A DNA stretch of 64,000 nucleotides from Heptranchias perlo. Taxonomy: Eukaryota. The notes below the pieces were generated by a model. It saw only the letters and a list, made by a program, of their open reading frames with translations. It was not told the origin of the DNA and did not search any database. This document shows, piece after piece, positions 13,881 to 27,433 of this stretch; position 1 is the first letter of the stretch, and each line of letters starts with the position of its first letter. The stretch covers positions 3,410,001 to 3,474,000 of the forward strand of contig NC_090340.1 in the NCBI RefSeq assembly GCF_035084215.1, read 5' to 3'. Made by a program: the position numbers and the translations under genes.

Positions 13881-14069
13881 CAATAGTCAGGAGAGAGTAA
13901 GGAATACAAAGACAGAATAGAGATGTAAGCAAAGAGGATAAGGACGAAAAGTTCATGGCTGATTGGGGAGGTTATCCTAAGGTCATTAGTTATGACAATG
14001 ATATTCTGCCCATAAAAAATAGATCCAAAAATGCAATATTACATTTAAAATAGCTACATTTCTTTTAAC

Positions 14070-14405
14070 ATGAGGAATTTTGATAGAGGGAAACTGTTTC
14101 CATTGTCAGGAGGGTCGGTAACCAGAGGACACAGATTTAAGATAATTGGCAAAAGAACTAAAGGGGCGATAAGAACTTTTTTTATTCAGCAATTTGTTAC
14201 GATCTAGAATCACTGCCGGAAAGGGTGCTGGAAGCAGATTGAAAACTAACTCTTAAAAGGGAATTGGATATATACTTGAAAAGGAAAATTTTCAGGGCCT
14301 ATGGGGCAAGACCGGGGCGAATTGGACTAAGTTAGAGAGTTTGGATAGGTCTTTCAAAGAGCCAGCATAGGCACAATGGGCCGAATGTCCTCCGTTTTTA
14401 CTGTA
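14070..14405 (+). mobile_element. CR1 3' end fragment
   Basis: KLFPLSGGSVTRGHRFKI-like sequence and CR1-type 3' UTR. Confidence 0.75.
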
Positions 14406-14900
14406 TGTCTCTCTGAAATCTCCTCTTAGCCTTCTCTGTACTGCTGTGGAAACAGTTCCACTCTCACGTCTCCCCTTATTACTATAGGTTTTCAACACTG
14501 GTATCCTCCTAGTAAATCTACACTATACTTTTTCTCAGGCTTTCATGTTCTTTCTATAAAACTGAACACAGTACTCGAACTGTGGCATAAGCAATGCCTC
14601 CGATGATTTTTTCATTGGTTGTTTGGTTTTGTACTCCATACCCCTATTTTTAAATCTAAAGTGTAATGAGACCTTTAATGGCTTTATCTACCTACTGTAC
14701 TTGTATTTTCAAAGAATTATACATTTGAACACTAAAGTATTTCAGTTCATCCACATCCTTCAGCATCATTTCATTGATGTGTTTCATTACTTCTTTTATC
14801 TCCAAAAGAGTAATACCCTCATTTTTTTTTGCATTAAGTTGCATCTGCCACCTGTTCGCCCATTCTCCTAACCTGTCATGTATTTTCTTACGACTCACTG
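14406..14900 (-). mobile_element. Old CR1 ORF2 fragment
   Basis: Minus-strand DRLGEWANRWQMQLN and RRLRGD motifs. Confidence 0.7.
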
Positions 14901-15439
14901 TTCGATAACCCTTTGACTTTTGACAATGGGCTTCCTAAGCCCGTTGAAATCATTATATATATAATATATATGTAGGGTAATTTTCATGTTCTCTGCCTGG
15001 CTGTAATCCGGCAGAGTACAGTCCACCCCTCCCTTCGCCCCACCGTTAGCATCTATGTCATCAGCCGCCTCGGCACCACTCTAAAATTCGTTCTGTAATC
15101 TCTCCATCTCCCCATCTCCCTTTCCTGCTTTAAGACCCGTTTATTTGACCAAACATTTGGTCACCCCTCCTAGTGTCTGCTTCTTTGGCTCAGTGTCCCA
15201 CGTTGCATCAACAGCTGGTTACACTGTAAAATTCTTCATATGCACAGAAAATATCAAGCTGGGAATACTGTTCAGGAAACTTCAAGTTGAATCCCTTCAT
15301 CTCAGCAAGCTGGTTAATGGTAACGGAGTAAAGGTACAATTTAATGCTTGTGATTGATCTCTGGGGGAAATCTGACACAAATAGAAAGAAAAGGTGCCCT
15401 GCTGTTTGACAGTCCCTCAGCCAACCTAAATAGTGGTTG

Positions 15440-15660
15440 ACTGGATAAATGTTCAAACTGGTGTGGTACTGAGCTACACAGGAGGAATCATGTTTCATCT
15501 GCAGTCTGTGCTGTTAGCTGATGTCAACTGGGACAGCAGTGGGATTCAGTGTCTCAGGCTAGGAATTGGAGATGTCAGGCAGGGCTCTCAGGCCCGAGTG
15601 ATTCATCGACAGTGTGGAGTGATATCTCAGGTCATTGGTCCATTCATGTTCTCATCGGAC
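15440..15660 (+). mobile_element. Degenerate SINE-like element
   Basis: GTGGTACTGAGCTACACAG..TCTGTGCTGTTAGCTGAT resembles a recalled shark tRNA-derived SINE body; heavily decayed. Confidence 0.35.
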
Positions 15661-16319
15661 ATGTGCAGGGATAAACCTTTAAGCACGAGTCACAGCATGA
15701 GGTTGGGAACTTTGACTGACCTCCTCCTTCCAGAGCAATAGTAGCACCTCTACTGTTACCCCGGCTGATAGCAGACTACACAGCACTGGCTGCAGATCGA
15801 GCCTGGTCTGTTTGCCTTGGTCAAGCTAATCACAGAGCCACTGAGGTGCATTCATCCCACTTTCACGATGAATTTTTAGAACAGGAAACATTTGTTGGCG
15901 GTGCAGTATCCATCAGACTGCCCCTTGCTGCTTTTAATCTGATCAGGTTTCGCACATGGTGTCTATGCACCACTTGAATGCTGCACAGAACTGTTTGAAT
16001 TGGCTCTCTTCTAACCAACATTGTGACAGCAACCTGCTGTCGTGTGACAGAGACTCTCTCTCTCTCCAATCTCTCCCACATACACATGAGATACAGAGAC
16101 ACACACGCACACATCAAGTATAGAAATTCAGAAGCAGAGAAAGCTGTGACCAGACAATATTAACGGGAAATAAAAGTATAAGTTGGAGGGAGGTCTCCTT
16201 CCCCCTCCCCCATTTCTGGAAAAAAAGAACATAGGAATAATTTGTACCTGTTGGAAAGTGTAATTGAAATTGTTACCTTACAGCCTCCCAGCAAGTCCAG
16301 TTTGCTTCCCTCACTTGCT

Positions 16320-16475
16320 CTGGCGATTCATCTTATTGCTATTAATGGGATCTTGCTATGCACAACATAGACTGCATAACAATAGTCACTGCATTTTACT
16401 TTAAAATAATTGATTGTATGTGAAAAACTTTGAGGAGTTTCTAAGGGGTGGATGCTATATAAATTCGAGTCTTTG
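16320..16475 (+). mobile_element. L2-type/SINE 3' tail fragment
   Basis: GGGATCTTGCT..GTCACTGCA..TGTGAA..CTTTGAG..GATGCTATATAAAT resembles the L2-type tail ending at ~25262. Confidence 0.35.
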
Positions 16476-18499
16476 TTCCACTAATATAGTTTGCTGCATG
16501 CGACCTGGAACTGGACCTGGGGGAACCTGACCGCAGGAAGCCAGTTATTCTCTAAGGTTACAACAGTTCCCAATCCCCGGTGTGACCTTCAGCAACTGAT
16601 TCAGTCTTCGGCTGCTCCCACTCACTGCAATGGTGCTGCTCCAGGATACACACAGTGTCTGTTTGTGTAACAACTTCCTCTTATAACTGTTAGTCGTGTA
16701 AACCCAACATTCTAGGACATCTCATAGAAGCTGCCATTTTTCAGTGAGCCCAAGATCTGTTTTGGGAGAGTCTATACTGTTAACTTCAACATCATGTTTT
16801 TCATTTACTGTTACTAGTTACCTCAATGTTGTTGTTTAGGCAGAATCTCATTGCTTTCTGACATTCACTGACACTGCAGTACCTAACAATCAACCTCCTT
16901 AAGATCTGCACAGTAGGTGCTGGGTTTAGCCCAGGGATGACTCAATCCAGCCTGTGTGCATCCTATGGGACTGGGGTGGTCTGGAGGCATCTTCAAGGAC
17001 AGCCCACTGTGCACTTCGCTCTGCAGCACCTCGAGCACACATCATGTCATCGCAGCTGACACTGTGATTGTTTTTTTTGTTTCCTATCCGAATGCTTCAT
17101 CATTTAGTTCGTGAACAAACCATTCTAGATGTTGCATTGAGGTCACAGAGTAAACTCACTGCACCAAAGGAACCGGCTGAGGGAGTTTGTATTCTGCTGC
17201 AATTCTCACTGGTGCTTTAATGATTCCTTCATTCTGTTTGTCTCCAATTTCTATATTAATTATCCTCCTGATCCTGAAGTGATAGGGGCTTCAATCATTA
17301 CCATGAACTTTCCTGCTTTCTATCTGGTGTTTTATCACAGGCTGCTCTGGTAAGAATCATCCGGCTCATCCCAAAAAGTACAACTTTTGTTCGGGGTTCA
17401 ATAGAACAGATCTTGAAACAGCTGCTGCTGCAATGGGCTCCTGACCTCGGCACCTCTTGTATTAAGCACGTTCAGCCTCTGCCCACCATCCTCAGGACTC
17501 GGCAGCAGGTCCTCCTGACACCAGAGCAAGAGACTCTTTGACCTTACTTTTATTGTACAATTCTACATCCATCACTTCTGCGAGTGGATGTTCTTGGATT
17601 TTGGGTTCGTGCTGGGGCAAGTGTTATTTTAGCTATTTATCGAAACCAATAAATTTGGCCCTAATAAGATTCCCTGTAAGACTGCATCTGTCCTATGGTG
17701 TACATTATGTTAGAGTTTAAAAAAACCACGCTATAAATTCTCTGCTGTCAGACAAGGAACCAAAGTAATGAGTGTGTATTGAATGGAACAGATCAGGAAA
17801 GTGACGGTGAAGGAAATAGTGAGACCAGCGCATTGCTGCAGTGGAAAGGTAAACACTGAACTGGTCTCCACTAGTAACATGAGATGATGTTTTAGTGCAT
17901 ATGGGGTTGGTCCAAGCCCAGCTGCAGCACTAGTCTCCATAACACAGGGAGATTAATGTCCTCAAGAGTTTAATATGACAGCGCTGTGAAACAGGCTGGG
18001 ATTTAATCACGTAACATTTCTATGGAGGAGGCAGTCAGTGACTTGATCCGTAAACGCTGCATTCATTCAAACAACGGGTTTAATTAGTCTGCTAAAGACA
18101 TAAATGAAGACAGAACAGAGCAGAGTGAATATGGTAATACCACAATTGATACATTGGTTGGGGGTTTGCACGTGTCTGTCCCCGGACGATCGCAGGCCGC
18201 TGAGCGGACGCAAACCCCAAACATCCTGTGATCTAACCCGTTAGCGCTGTAACTGTGATCTTTCTTACAGAGAATCCCTGGAGTTCTCAGTTAACACAGC
18301 TCTGGAACCCATCCTGGGAAACAATGAGTGACAGGGTACCCAGGGACTAGAAACACCGTCCAGGGAACCGCTTGTGGTGGATTGAGTACTGGAGAGAGTC
18401 ACTGTAGGAAAGGAACCGATTCTAAACATCCAAACACTGACATCCTTGGAGGAACCAACTGAAAGAATAATTCATGCAGGAGATTCCAGAACCTCCAAT

Positions 18500-18906
18500 C
18501 TAATCCATTGCGTTCAACACTATTTCTCCATTGTGAATTCACTGGAGCTGGATCAAATCATTCGACTGGACAAACACTGAACATTACAGCGATTCCCGGC
18601 TGTTGTGAATTCGGTGACGGCTGGTCAAGCATCCAGATGTATTAATGTGCTTTCTGCACCCTGTACACTCGAACAGTTTCTCTCCGGTGTGAACTCGCAG
18701 TTGCATTTTCAAAAGACCGGGCCAGTTGAAGCCGCCCCCTTCCTCAGGGACAGACCCCTACTGACTCGGTGCAGGATTCTTAACTGAACCAGTTCCAGGA
18801 GTCACCGCTGATCCAGGCTGATCTTTTACTAACATTTCCGCTTCTTTCAGTATTTCCACGTTGGCTCTTTGTCCCAGATTATCTGAGCAATCTCCGTCTC
18901 GCAAAC
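18500..18906 (-). pseudogene. C2H2 zinc-finger exon pseudogene
   Basis: Acceptor-like TTTTCTTTACGGTGTTCAG, then one frame: ..PAPSQ*GSVPEEGGGFNWPGLLKMQLRVHTGEKLFECTGCRKHINTSGCLTSRHRIHNSRESL*CSVFVQSNDLIQLQ*IHNGE; HTGEK linker, CxxC..HxxH, three in-frame stops. Confidence 0.75.
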
Positions 18907-19789
18907 CTGAACACCGTAAAGAAAACAGTGAATCCGTAAACACCCTGTGGGTTCTCAGGTACGACAAAAACCGAACACTGTGTCGGCACTAGCCTCAAAC
19001 AAGCATCCCCTACCATTACTGATAACAGCAGCTCTCGGGGACTATCCAAGGGCTTTACTTACACCACAAATCTAGGCTCTGTGTGAAGCAGCAGTTATCG
19101 TGTAAATGAAACCTGAATCCAGAGTCAGGGCCCAGTTGACACTGAAACAATGGTGGCCGAGATTCCCTGGAAGAGCAAGTCTCATTCGGCTTTGTTTCAA
19201 AGTCAACTTGAGCCTTAAAACCCAACTTGTACTTCGCAAGCTTGACATCAGAGGGATGCTAAAACCGATTTGCACTGATGCCAACTTGCAGTGCAACTGC
19301 GCCCTTAATGAAAGGTCTGATTTTACACAATGACTATCAAACTAGGGGTCGCTTTGAGCTGTGAGCTCACAGCACTGGAAACTACCCAAGCTCAGTTCAA
19401 TATCAGTGAACGGAGATTCAGAACCCATCACACTGGGCGGAATTTGGACTCAGGACCCAAAGGAGAAAAGCCAATTTTAAGAAATTCGCATGTTCCCAAA
19501 GACTCAAAGATGCATTCAACTTTCAACCGTCACATTCAGCACAACGGAACTTCACTTTATTGTGCAGTTACATTGACTCGCAACACATTCATTGGGTGCA
19601 CGGTTTCAATCGGGGCAATATTCTATTTTAGTTTAATCAAAATGATTCCCCAATCACAAACGTAAATATGCTTTGTGTGAAACCATTACAAGCAGCTTGC
19701 TGTTCCAGATACCCTTCCCCCAACATCACCTATTCCATTACCGAACCGGATTAGAGTTGGTAAAATATAATAAAGAAGTCATCACGGAT

Positions 19790-20880
19790 TCAAAAGGGAA
19801 GTCCGTGCTTGACGAACCTTATCTTTATTGGAGAAGTATCAGAAAAGGTAGACAAGGGTAATGTAGTAGATGTAATGTACATGGACATTCAAAAGGCCTT
19901 CAATAAGGGACCGCGTGGAACACTCATGACGAAGGTCAGAGCACTTGGAGTCAGAGGATAAATAGTAGAATGGATAGCAAGCTGGCTACAAAACAGAAAA
20001 CAGAGAGTAGGGGTTAAGGGTAGCTACTCAGATAGGCAGATGACGGGAAGTGCTGTTCCTCAAGGATCAGTGCTGGGACCACTGTTGTTCACCATTTATA
20101 TAAACGACTTGGACTTGGAAATTAGAAGTACAATTTCAACATTTGCAGATGACACCAAATTGTGGGCTATAGTTAATAACGAGGGAGAATGGGGAAAAAA
20201 GACAACGTTAATAAACCTGTGCCATGAGCATGTAAATGGCAAATTAATTTCAATTCCATTGGGACACTCCCCTAAACGTCTTTACCCAGAAAGTGGTTAG
20301 AATCTGGAACTCTCTACCACAGGGAGTAGTTAAGGAGACTACTTTAGATGCATTTAAGGGGAAGCTAGATAAGCACATGAGGCAGAAAGGAATAGAAGGA
20401 TGTGATGATAGCGTTAGATGATGTAAGGTGGGAGGAGGCTCGTTTGGAGCTTAAAACACCGGCACAGACCAGTTGGGCTGAATGGCTTATTTCTGTACTG
20501 TGCATTCTATGTAATATAGATAACTGTGAAGTGTTGCAATTTGGTAGGAGGAATAAGAAGGCCACATACTCCTTGGAAAATAAGAGTCTAAATGGGTTAG
20601 TGTTGCAAAGTGATCTTGAGATACAGATTCACAACTCATTAACAGCAGCAACACAGGTTAACAATGCCATAAAATTGCAAAGAAAGAACTGGGGTTCATT
20701 CCGAGAGGAAGAAAATTCAAAAGCAGAAAAGTTATGTTAAACTTGTATAGAACTTGGTTAGACCACTCTCTATACAGTCCAGGTCTAAATATTACAATAA
20801 GGTATGGAGGCATTGGAGAAAGTGCAAAAAAAAGATTTGCAAGGATAATACCAGAACTGAGACGGTACAATAATCAAGAT
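19790..20880 (+). mobile_element. CR1 RT fragment, itself interrupted by a CR1 3' end (~20270-20510)
   Basis: [37 protein letters not shown]; resumes with NIDNCEVLQFGRRN after the nested tail. Confidence 0.85.
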
Positions 20881-23203
20881 TTAATCATGGGTGATGAGCC
20901 AGATTTAGCTAACAGCCTAAAGGTGTGCGAAAATTTATCTAACAGCGATCATAATATAATCAAGCTTAACGTTGTATTTGAAAGGGAGAAACCCTTATCA
21001 GCTATTAAGATTCTAAATTTAGGTAAGGCCGATTTCAATGGGATGAGACAGAGACTGTCTACAGTAAACTGGGAAAATCTGTCAATGGGTAAAACGACAG
21101 AAAATCAATTCGAGGTGTTCAAAAGAGAATTTAACGTGGTGCAAAACCAGTTTATAACCCGAAGGGACAAGAGCTCTACTTGCCAAAAAAAACCCAGCCA
21201 TGGACGACAAAAGAGGCAAGAGACAACATCAAACTAAAAGCAGAAATATACACAAATGCAAAAAAAAACACAGATCCTGGCGACTGGGAGAGATACAAAT
21301 AGCAGCAAAGGGTGACAAAACAGATAGTAACAGCTACAAAGAGGGATTATGAAAGAAACTTGCAAGAGATATAAAAATGAACTCAAAAAATACAATTATA
21401 TTAGGAAAAAGAGGGTGGTCAAGAGCATTGTGGGCCCCTTAAAAACGGATAAAGATGAGATTGTAAATGAAAATAAGTAAATGGTGGACATGTTAATTAA
21501 TTATTTTGCGTCAGCATTTGCAGTGGAGGAAGAGGATAGCGTGTCAGATACCCCAAGTAAACTAATTTTGAATCAGGGACAGGGACTCACCATAATTAAT
21601 GTAAGTAAATGAACAGTAATGATGAAAATAATGGCACTAAAGGGTGGCAAATCTCCAGGACCAGGTGGTTTTCATTCCATGGGTTTAAATGAAGTAGGTG
21701 AGAACATTGCAGATACCCTAACTATAATTTTCCAACGTTCTCTCGATTCAGGAACCGTTCCTTTAGATTACAAAATTGCACGTCACTCCGCTATTTAAGA
21801 AAGGTGAGAGAGGGAAACCAGGGAATTATAGACCAGTTAGCCTAACACCTGTTGTCCAGAAATTGCTAGAATCTATAATTAAGGATAGAGTGACTGAACA
21901 ACTTGACATTTTTCAGTTGATCAGAGAGAGCCAACATGGATTTGTAAAGGGTAGTTAATGCCTGACGAACCTAATTGAATTTTTTGAACAGGTGACTAAA
22001 GTAGTGGACAGGGTAAGTCTATGGATGTTGTTTGTATAGACTTCCACAAAGCATTCGATGAAGTGCCTCAGAAGAGAATGTTAACTAAAGTTGAAGCTCA
22101 CAGAATTGAGGGCAAATTTTGGACCTGGTTAAGAAATTGGATATGCAACAGGAGACAGAGAGTAAGGATAATGGGCAGATACTCACATTGGCAGGATGTG
22201 ACTCGTGGTGTCCCACAGGGATCTGTGTTGGGGCCTCAATTATTCACTGTATTTGTTAACGACTTGGATGATGAGATAGAGAGCCTCATATCCAAGGTTG
22301 CCGATGACACAAAGATAGGCAGCATTGTAAGCAGTGTAGATGGCAGCATTACAGAGCGATACTAATCGATTCAGTAAATGGGCAAAACTGTGGCAAATTG
22401 ATTTCAACGTAGTTAAGTGTGAGGTCATCCACTTTGGATATATATAAAAATAGATCAGAGTACTTTCTAAATGGTGAAAAGCTCGAAACAGTGAAGGTCC
22501 AAAGAGACGTAGGGGTCCATGTACATAGATCATTAAAATGTCATGGACATGTCGAAAATAATCAAAAAGGCTAATGGAATGCTGACATTTATATTTAGAG
22601 GTCCAGTATGCAAAGTGGTAGAAGTTATAGTACAGCTTTTACAAAGCCCTGGTTAGAACATAACTGAAGTATTTTTTTCAGTTTTGTACACCGCACTTTA
22701 GGAAGGATATATTGGCCTTAACGGGAGTGCAGCGTAGATTTACTAGAATGATACCTGGACTCCAAGGGTTATATTACGAGGAATAATTACAAAAACTAGG
22801 GCTGTGTTCCCTGGAATTTAAAAGTTTAAGAGGTGATCTGTTCGAAGTTTTCAAGATATTAAAGAGAACTGATAGGGTAGATAGGGAGAAAATGTTTCCG
22901 CTGATTGGGGAGTCTAGCACGAGAGGACATTGCCGAAAAAATAGAGCCAGGATTATTATGAGTGAAGTTAGGAAACACTTCGACACGCAAATGATGGTAA
23001 AAGTTTGGAACTCTCCTCTGCAATTGGCAGTTGATGCTAGCTCAATTGTTCATTTTAAATCTGTGTTGATAGATTTTTGTTAACCAAAGATATTAAGGGG
23101 ATTTGGGGCTAATGCCAATATGGCGTTAGGTCAGAGGTTAGCCATGATCTCATTGAATGGCGGAACAGGCTCGAGGGGTTAACTGGTCTACTACTATTCC
23201 TGT
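20880..23203 (+). mobile_element. CR1 ORF2 (endonuclease end through RT to 3' UTR), decayed
   Basis: [43 protein letters not shown], 3' UTR; many stops. Confidence 0.92.
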
Positions 23204-23204
23204 G

Positions 23205-23630
23205 AAAGACTGAACAAGCCGGAGCTCTTCTCTAGAAAAGAGAAGACTGAGAGGTGACCAGATAGATGTCTTTAAATTATGAAGGGGTTTGAGAGGGTAG
23301 ACGTAGATAGGATGCGTCCACTTGTGGAGGAGTCCAAAACTTGGGGCTATAAATATAAGATAGTCACCAATAAATCCAAAGGTAATTCAGGAGAGACTTC
23401 TTTACTCAGAGAGTGGTGAGAATGTGGAACTTGCTACCACATGGGATTGGTTGAGGCGAATAGCTCAAATACACTTAAGGAAAAGCTAGATAAGGACATG
23501 AGGGAGAAAGGAATGGAAGGATATGTTGATAGGATTAGTTGAAAGTGGGAGGAGGCTCGTGTGGAGCATATACACCGGCATAGGCCGTTTGGACTTAATG
23601 GGCTGTTGCTGTGCTGTGAATTCGATGCAG
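23205..23630 (+). mobile_element. CR1 3' end fragment
   Basis: GLFSRKEKTER/RGD, FFTQRVVRMWN and 3' UTR. Confidence 0.8.
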
Positions 23631-24392
23631 TAATGTCACCATCCATTGCAGAACACATATATCCCCCGATACAATCATGGACACACTTTAAGCAGGGCCA
23701 ATTAATGATGCTCTGTCACAGTGCTACATCTCCCCCATATATAGTTGGGGTGGTGGGGGGGTGGGGTGGAATCATTCAATGGTTCACTAAATGAAATAAA
23801 ACCGAATCGGTAAACGTAATGGAGCGAGAATGTAGAGTGAGAGGTGATTCCAGCAGCATCAACATCGACCGGCAGCACCAACACTGGCACTGACCAGCAA
23901 AACCAAAATCGACTAGCGGCGTTTACCCTCCACGCAAGCAAATAGTCCTGATCACAGTTACCCGTCCTGTTATCAGATCCCTTCACCCCCCTCTTCTCCA
24001 ATGTTTTCATCAGCAGAGTGCCAGAGGTGCATAAAATAGGCATGAAGATGTCAGTAATGGTCAAGGTGTGGTTGCACGACACCCCATGAATTTTGTAACT
24101 AATGTGATCAGAATGATTTTACCCAAAAGTTATGTGTTTTTTAAAAAAGGTTGAGTTAATATTTTGTATTTCTGCGGCTAAAGCCCAATTTGGTTGCTGA
24201 ATTGTGTCAGCTGGTTAAGGTAGTAGAAACTTCAACATAAGTGCGGGTTCTGGGAGCAGTTCAGCCAGACATATATCAGTGCCCAGCTTATCTCTGCTAA
24301 AGTTTGAATCTGTAATGAATTTAACTAATGATTTTGTTGCTAAGAGCAGCTTTGCAAAAGCATTCTGGTAGCATTCTGCTTCGACTGCAATT

Positions 24393-24655
24393 TTATATTC
24401 TTGGGACATAGGCGTCACTGGCAAGGCCAGCATTTATTGCCTTTTCCTAGTTGCTTGGAGAAGGTGATAGTGAGGCTTCTTCTTGAACTGCTGCAATCTG
24501 TGTGGCGAGGGTGCTCCCGCAGCGTTGTTTGGTAGGGGGTTCCAGGATTTTGAACCAGCGACAATGAAGGAACAGCGATATCCGTCCGAGTGAGGATGGT
24601 GTGTGACGTGGAGGGGATCTTGGAGGTGATGGTGAATAAACTCATGCAACCAGTC
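24393..24655 (-). mobile_element. LINE-A 3' end
   Basis: Reverse complement of the LINE-A tail (SFIVAGSKSWNPLP..KKKPHYHLL). Confidence 0.85.
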
Positions 24656-24789
24656 CTTGCATTCAGCACAATTTCTGTCGATTTTGGTCAGTACGTAGTA
24701 TACTGTTTATGTTACTGGACTAGTAATCCAGAGAACGTAAATTCCAATCTTACTGTGGCAGTTTGAGAATTTTAATTTTGTTTAAACTC

Positions 24790-25261
24790 TGGTGCCTGTA
24801 TCCTAACTCGCACCAAGTCCAGTTCACCCATCACCCCTGTGCACTTACACTGGCTCCGGGTTCATCAACGCCTCGATTTTAAAATTCTCATCCTCTTGTT
24901 CAAATCGTCTCAGGGTTTCGCCCTTCCTTATCTCTGTAACCTCCTCCAGCCCGACAACCCTCCTAGATCTCCGTGTTCCTCCAACTCTGGCCTCTTGTGC
25001 ATCCACACTTCCTTCGCTCCACCACTGGTGGCGATGCCTTCAGCCATCGAGGCACTAAGTTCTGGAATTCCCTCCCTAAACCTCTCTGCCTCTCCTTTAA
25101 GACGCTGCTTAAAACTTATCTCTTTGACCAAGCGTTTGGTCAACTGTCCTACAGTCTCTTTCTTTGGCTCGGTGTCAATTTTATTCTAATAATGCTCCTG
25201 TGAAGTGACTTGGGACGTTTTAATATGTTAAAGGCGCTATAAAAATGCAAGTTGTTGTTGT
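24790..25261 (+). mobile_element. L2-clade LINE 3' fragment
   Basis: HITPV..LHWL.V.QRLDFKIL, GGDAFS..WNSLP, FKTLLKTYLF; tail AAAGGCGCTATAAAAATGCAAGTTGTTGTTGT. Confidence 0.85.
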
Positions 25262-25320
25262 AAAAACATCTGGAAATAGAAAGCTGGTATCAGTACCAGT
25301 GACCATGAAGCAGTCGGATT

Positions 25321-26510
25321 AAATAGAATTTACAGCACAGAATCAGGCCATTCGTCCAAACAAGTCTATGCCGTTATTGATGTTGCACACAAGCCTCCTC
25401 CCACCGTACTTCATCGAATCCTATCAGCATATCCTTCTATTCCTTTCTCCCTCATGTATTTATCTAGCTTCCCCTTAAATGCATCCATGCTATTTGCCTC
25501 AACTACTCCTTGTGGCAGCACTTTCCACTTTCTTACCACTCTTTGGGTATAAAAGTTTCTCCTGAATTCCCTATTGTATTTATTAGCGACTATTTTATGT
25601 TTATGACCTTTAGTTTTGGATTCCATCACAAATGGAAACGTTTTCTCTATGTCTACCCTATCAAACCCTTTTATTATCTGAAAGACCTCGACCAGGTCAC
25701 CCCTCAGCCTTCTCTTTTCGAGAGAAAAGAGCCCCAGTCTGTTTAGCATTCCTGATAAGTATATACTCTCAGTTTTGGTACATCCTTGTTCATCTTTTTT
25801 TGCACACTCTCCAATGGCTCTATATCCTTTCTATAATATGGAAACCATAACTGGACACAGTACTCAAGTGTGGTCTAGCTAAGGTTCTATACAAGTTTAA
25901 CATAACTTCTCTGTTTTTCAATTCTATCCCTTTAGAAATGCACCCCGATGCTTGATATGCCATTTTTATGGCCTTATTAACCCGTGTCACGTCCTTTAGA
26001 GATTTGTGAATCTGTACCCAGATCCCGTTGCTCCCTTATCCAATTTAGACTCCTATTATCCAAGCAATACATAACCTTGTTATTCTTCCTACAAAAATGT
26101 TCCACCTCACACATCTTTTTTGAATTAATTTGCCAATTACACGCGCGTTCTCCAATCTCATAATGTCCTCTTCCATTTTGACATATACTCGCTTTGCATT
26201 AACTGCAACCCCCAATTTGGTGTCGTCCGCAAATTTTGAAATTATACTTCTGATTCCTGAATCCAAATCGTTAATGTAAATTGTGAACAACAGCACCGAT
26301 TCCTGTAGAACACCACTTCCCACCTTTTCCCACTCTGGGTAGCTACCCATGCTCACTGTTTTCTGTTTTGTAGCCAACTTGCTATCCATTCTGCTACCTG
26401 TCCCCGGAATCGACATACTCTGCCCTTAGTCATGAGTCGAAAATGCAGTACCCTATCGAAGACTTTTGAAAATGCAAATATATTACATCCACTGCGTTAA
26501 GTAGATGTAA
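25321..26510 (-). mobile_element. CR1 RT/3' fragment
   Basis: Minus ORFs with LFSLEKRRLRGDL and [15 protein letters not shown]. Confidence 0.9.
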
Positions 26511-26519
26511 TATCATTTG

Positions 26520-27000
26520 TACAGATATTAAACAAAGGGTTGTAGGGCTGGAGGAAGTTACAGAGATGAGAAAGGGCGAAACCCTGAAAGGATTTGAACA
26601 CGAGGATGAGAATTTTAAAATCGAGGCGTTGATGAACCGGGAGCCAATGTGAGGGGTGATGGGTGATACAGATATTAAAGAATTGAAAACAGATCCTTGT
26701 GGGATCCTATTGGTATCATTCTCCCTGGCTGATGACAGCCCCTGTACCAACACCCTCTGGATTCTATCGGTCAAGCAATTACAAATCCATTTTAACATAT
26801 TTGGACTGACTCCCACTTTATTTTCAGTACCAGCCTTTCCAGAGGAAATGTATCAAAGGCCTTACTTAAATCCAAGTACACCACATCCACTGTTTTATTC
26901 TTATCAAGCTCGCCAGCCATGCCTTCAAAGAAAATCAGTAAGATTGATTGGAAATACCTCCTCTTCATGAACCCATATTGGCTGTTTTTAATGGTTTTAT
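26520..27000 (-). mobile_element. L2 fragment (26520-26660) abutting an older CR1 RT fragment (26660-27000)
   Basis: 26520-26660 is the reverse complement of part of the L2 at 24830-24960; IPQGS and DLSKAFD-like motifs on minus. Confidence 0.65.
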
Positions 27001-27261
27001 TTATATCCAGAAGTTGCGAACCTGCCGTCCTTACTCAGTCTGACCTACATGTGACTCCAATCGCATGCCAATGTAGTTGAATCTTAACTGCCCTCTGAAA
27101 TAGCCTAGCAAGCCCCTCATTTGTAGCAAAAGAGGGCCCACACCACTTTCTCAGGGCAATTTGGAATGGGCAATAAATGCTGGCCTTGTCAAAGTACACA
27201 GTGAATTAAAAAAACACGGTTCATGATTTTGGGTAAATTTCCACACTAACCTTAGATATCA

Positions 27262-27433
27262 GAGTCGATTTTCAACTTGCTGTCCTGGCATAAATCTGGT
27301 GTTGCAAATTAACGGCCTGTTACAAAACCGCCCAATTTTCATTTTGTTACATTAATGAAATAAATACAGTTTCTCTAACGGGCAGCCGATCTACAACACG
27401 TTTATGTCTGGGCAGCAAGTTGAAACTCTATTC
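27262..27433. mobile_element. MITE-like non-autonomous DNA element
   Basis: Imperfect terminal inverted repeats GAGTCGATTTTCAACTTGCTGTCCTGGCATAAA ... TTTATGTCTGGGCAGCAAGTTGAAACTCTATTC. Confidence 0.7.

Larger units (their letters stand above)
24688..27215 (+). mobile_element. tRNA-headed SINE in three pieces (24688-24785, 25262-25320, 27018-27215), split by nested insertions
   Basis: A/B-box-like head (GTAGTATACTGTT..TGGACTAGTAATCCAGAG..AATTCCAATC); body matches LINE-A 5' region 33500-33735; tail matches LINE-A 3' end. Confidence 0.7.

Noticed and set aside
16048-16115. (CT)n/(CA)n microsatellite
   Set aside because: Short, ordinary simple repeat.
16480-17960. Possible extra exons or zinc-finger relics on minus (e.g. 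SHRMHTG near 16950; ORF 17731-17940)
   Set aside because: Only isolated motif-like words, with no CxxC partner or coherent frame.
23770-24110. CpG-richer unique segment with a 126-aa minus ORF
   Set aside because: No recognisable domain, splice structure or repeat identity.
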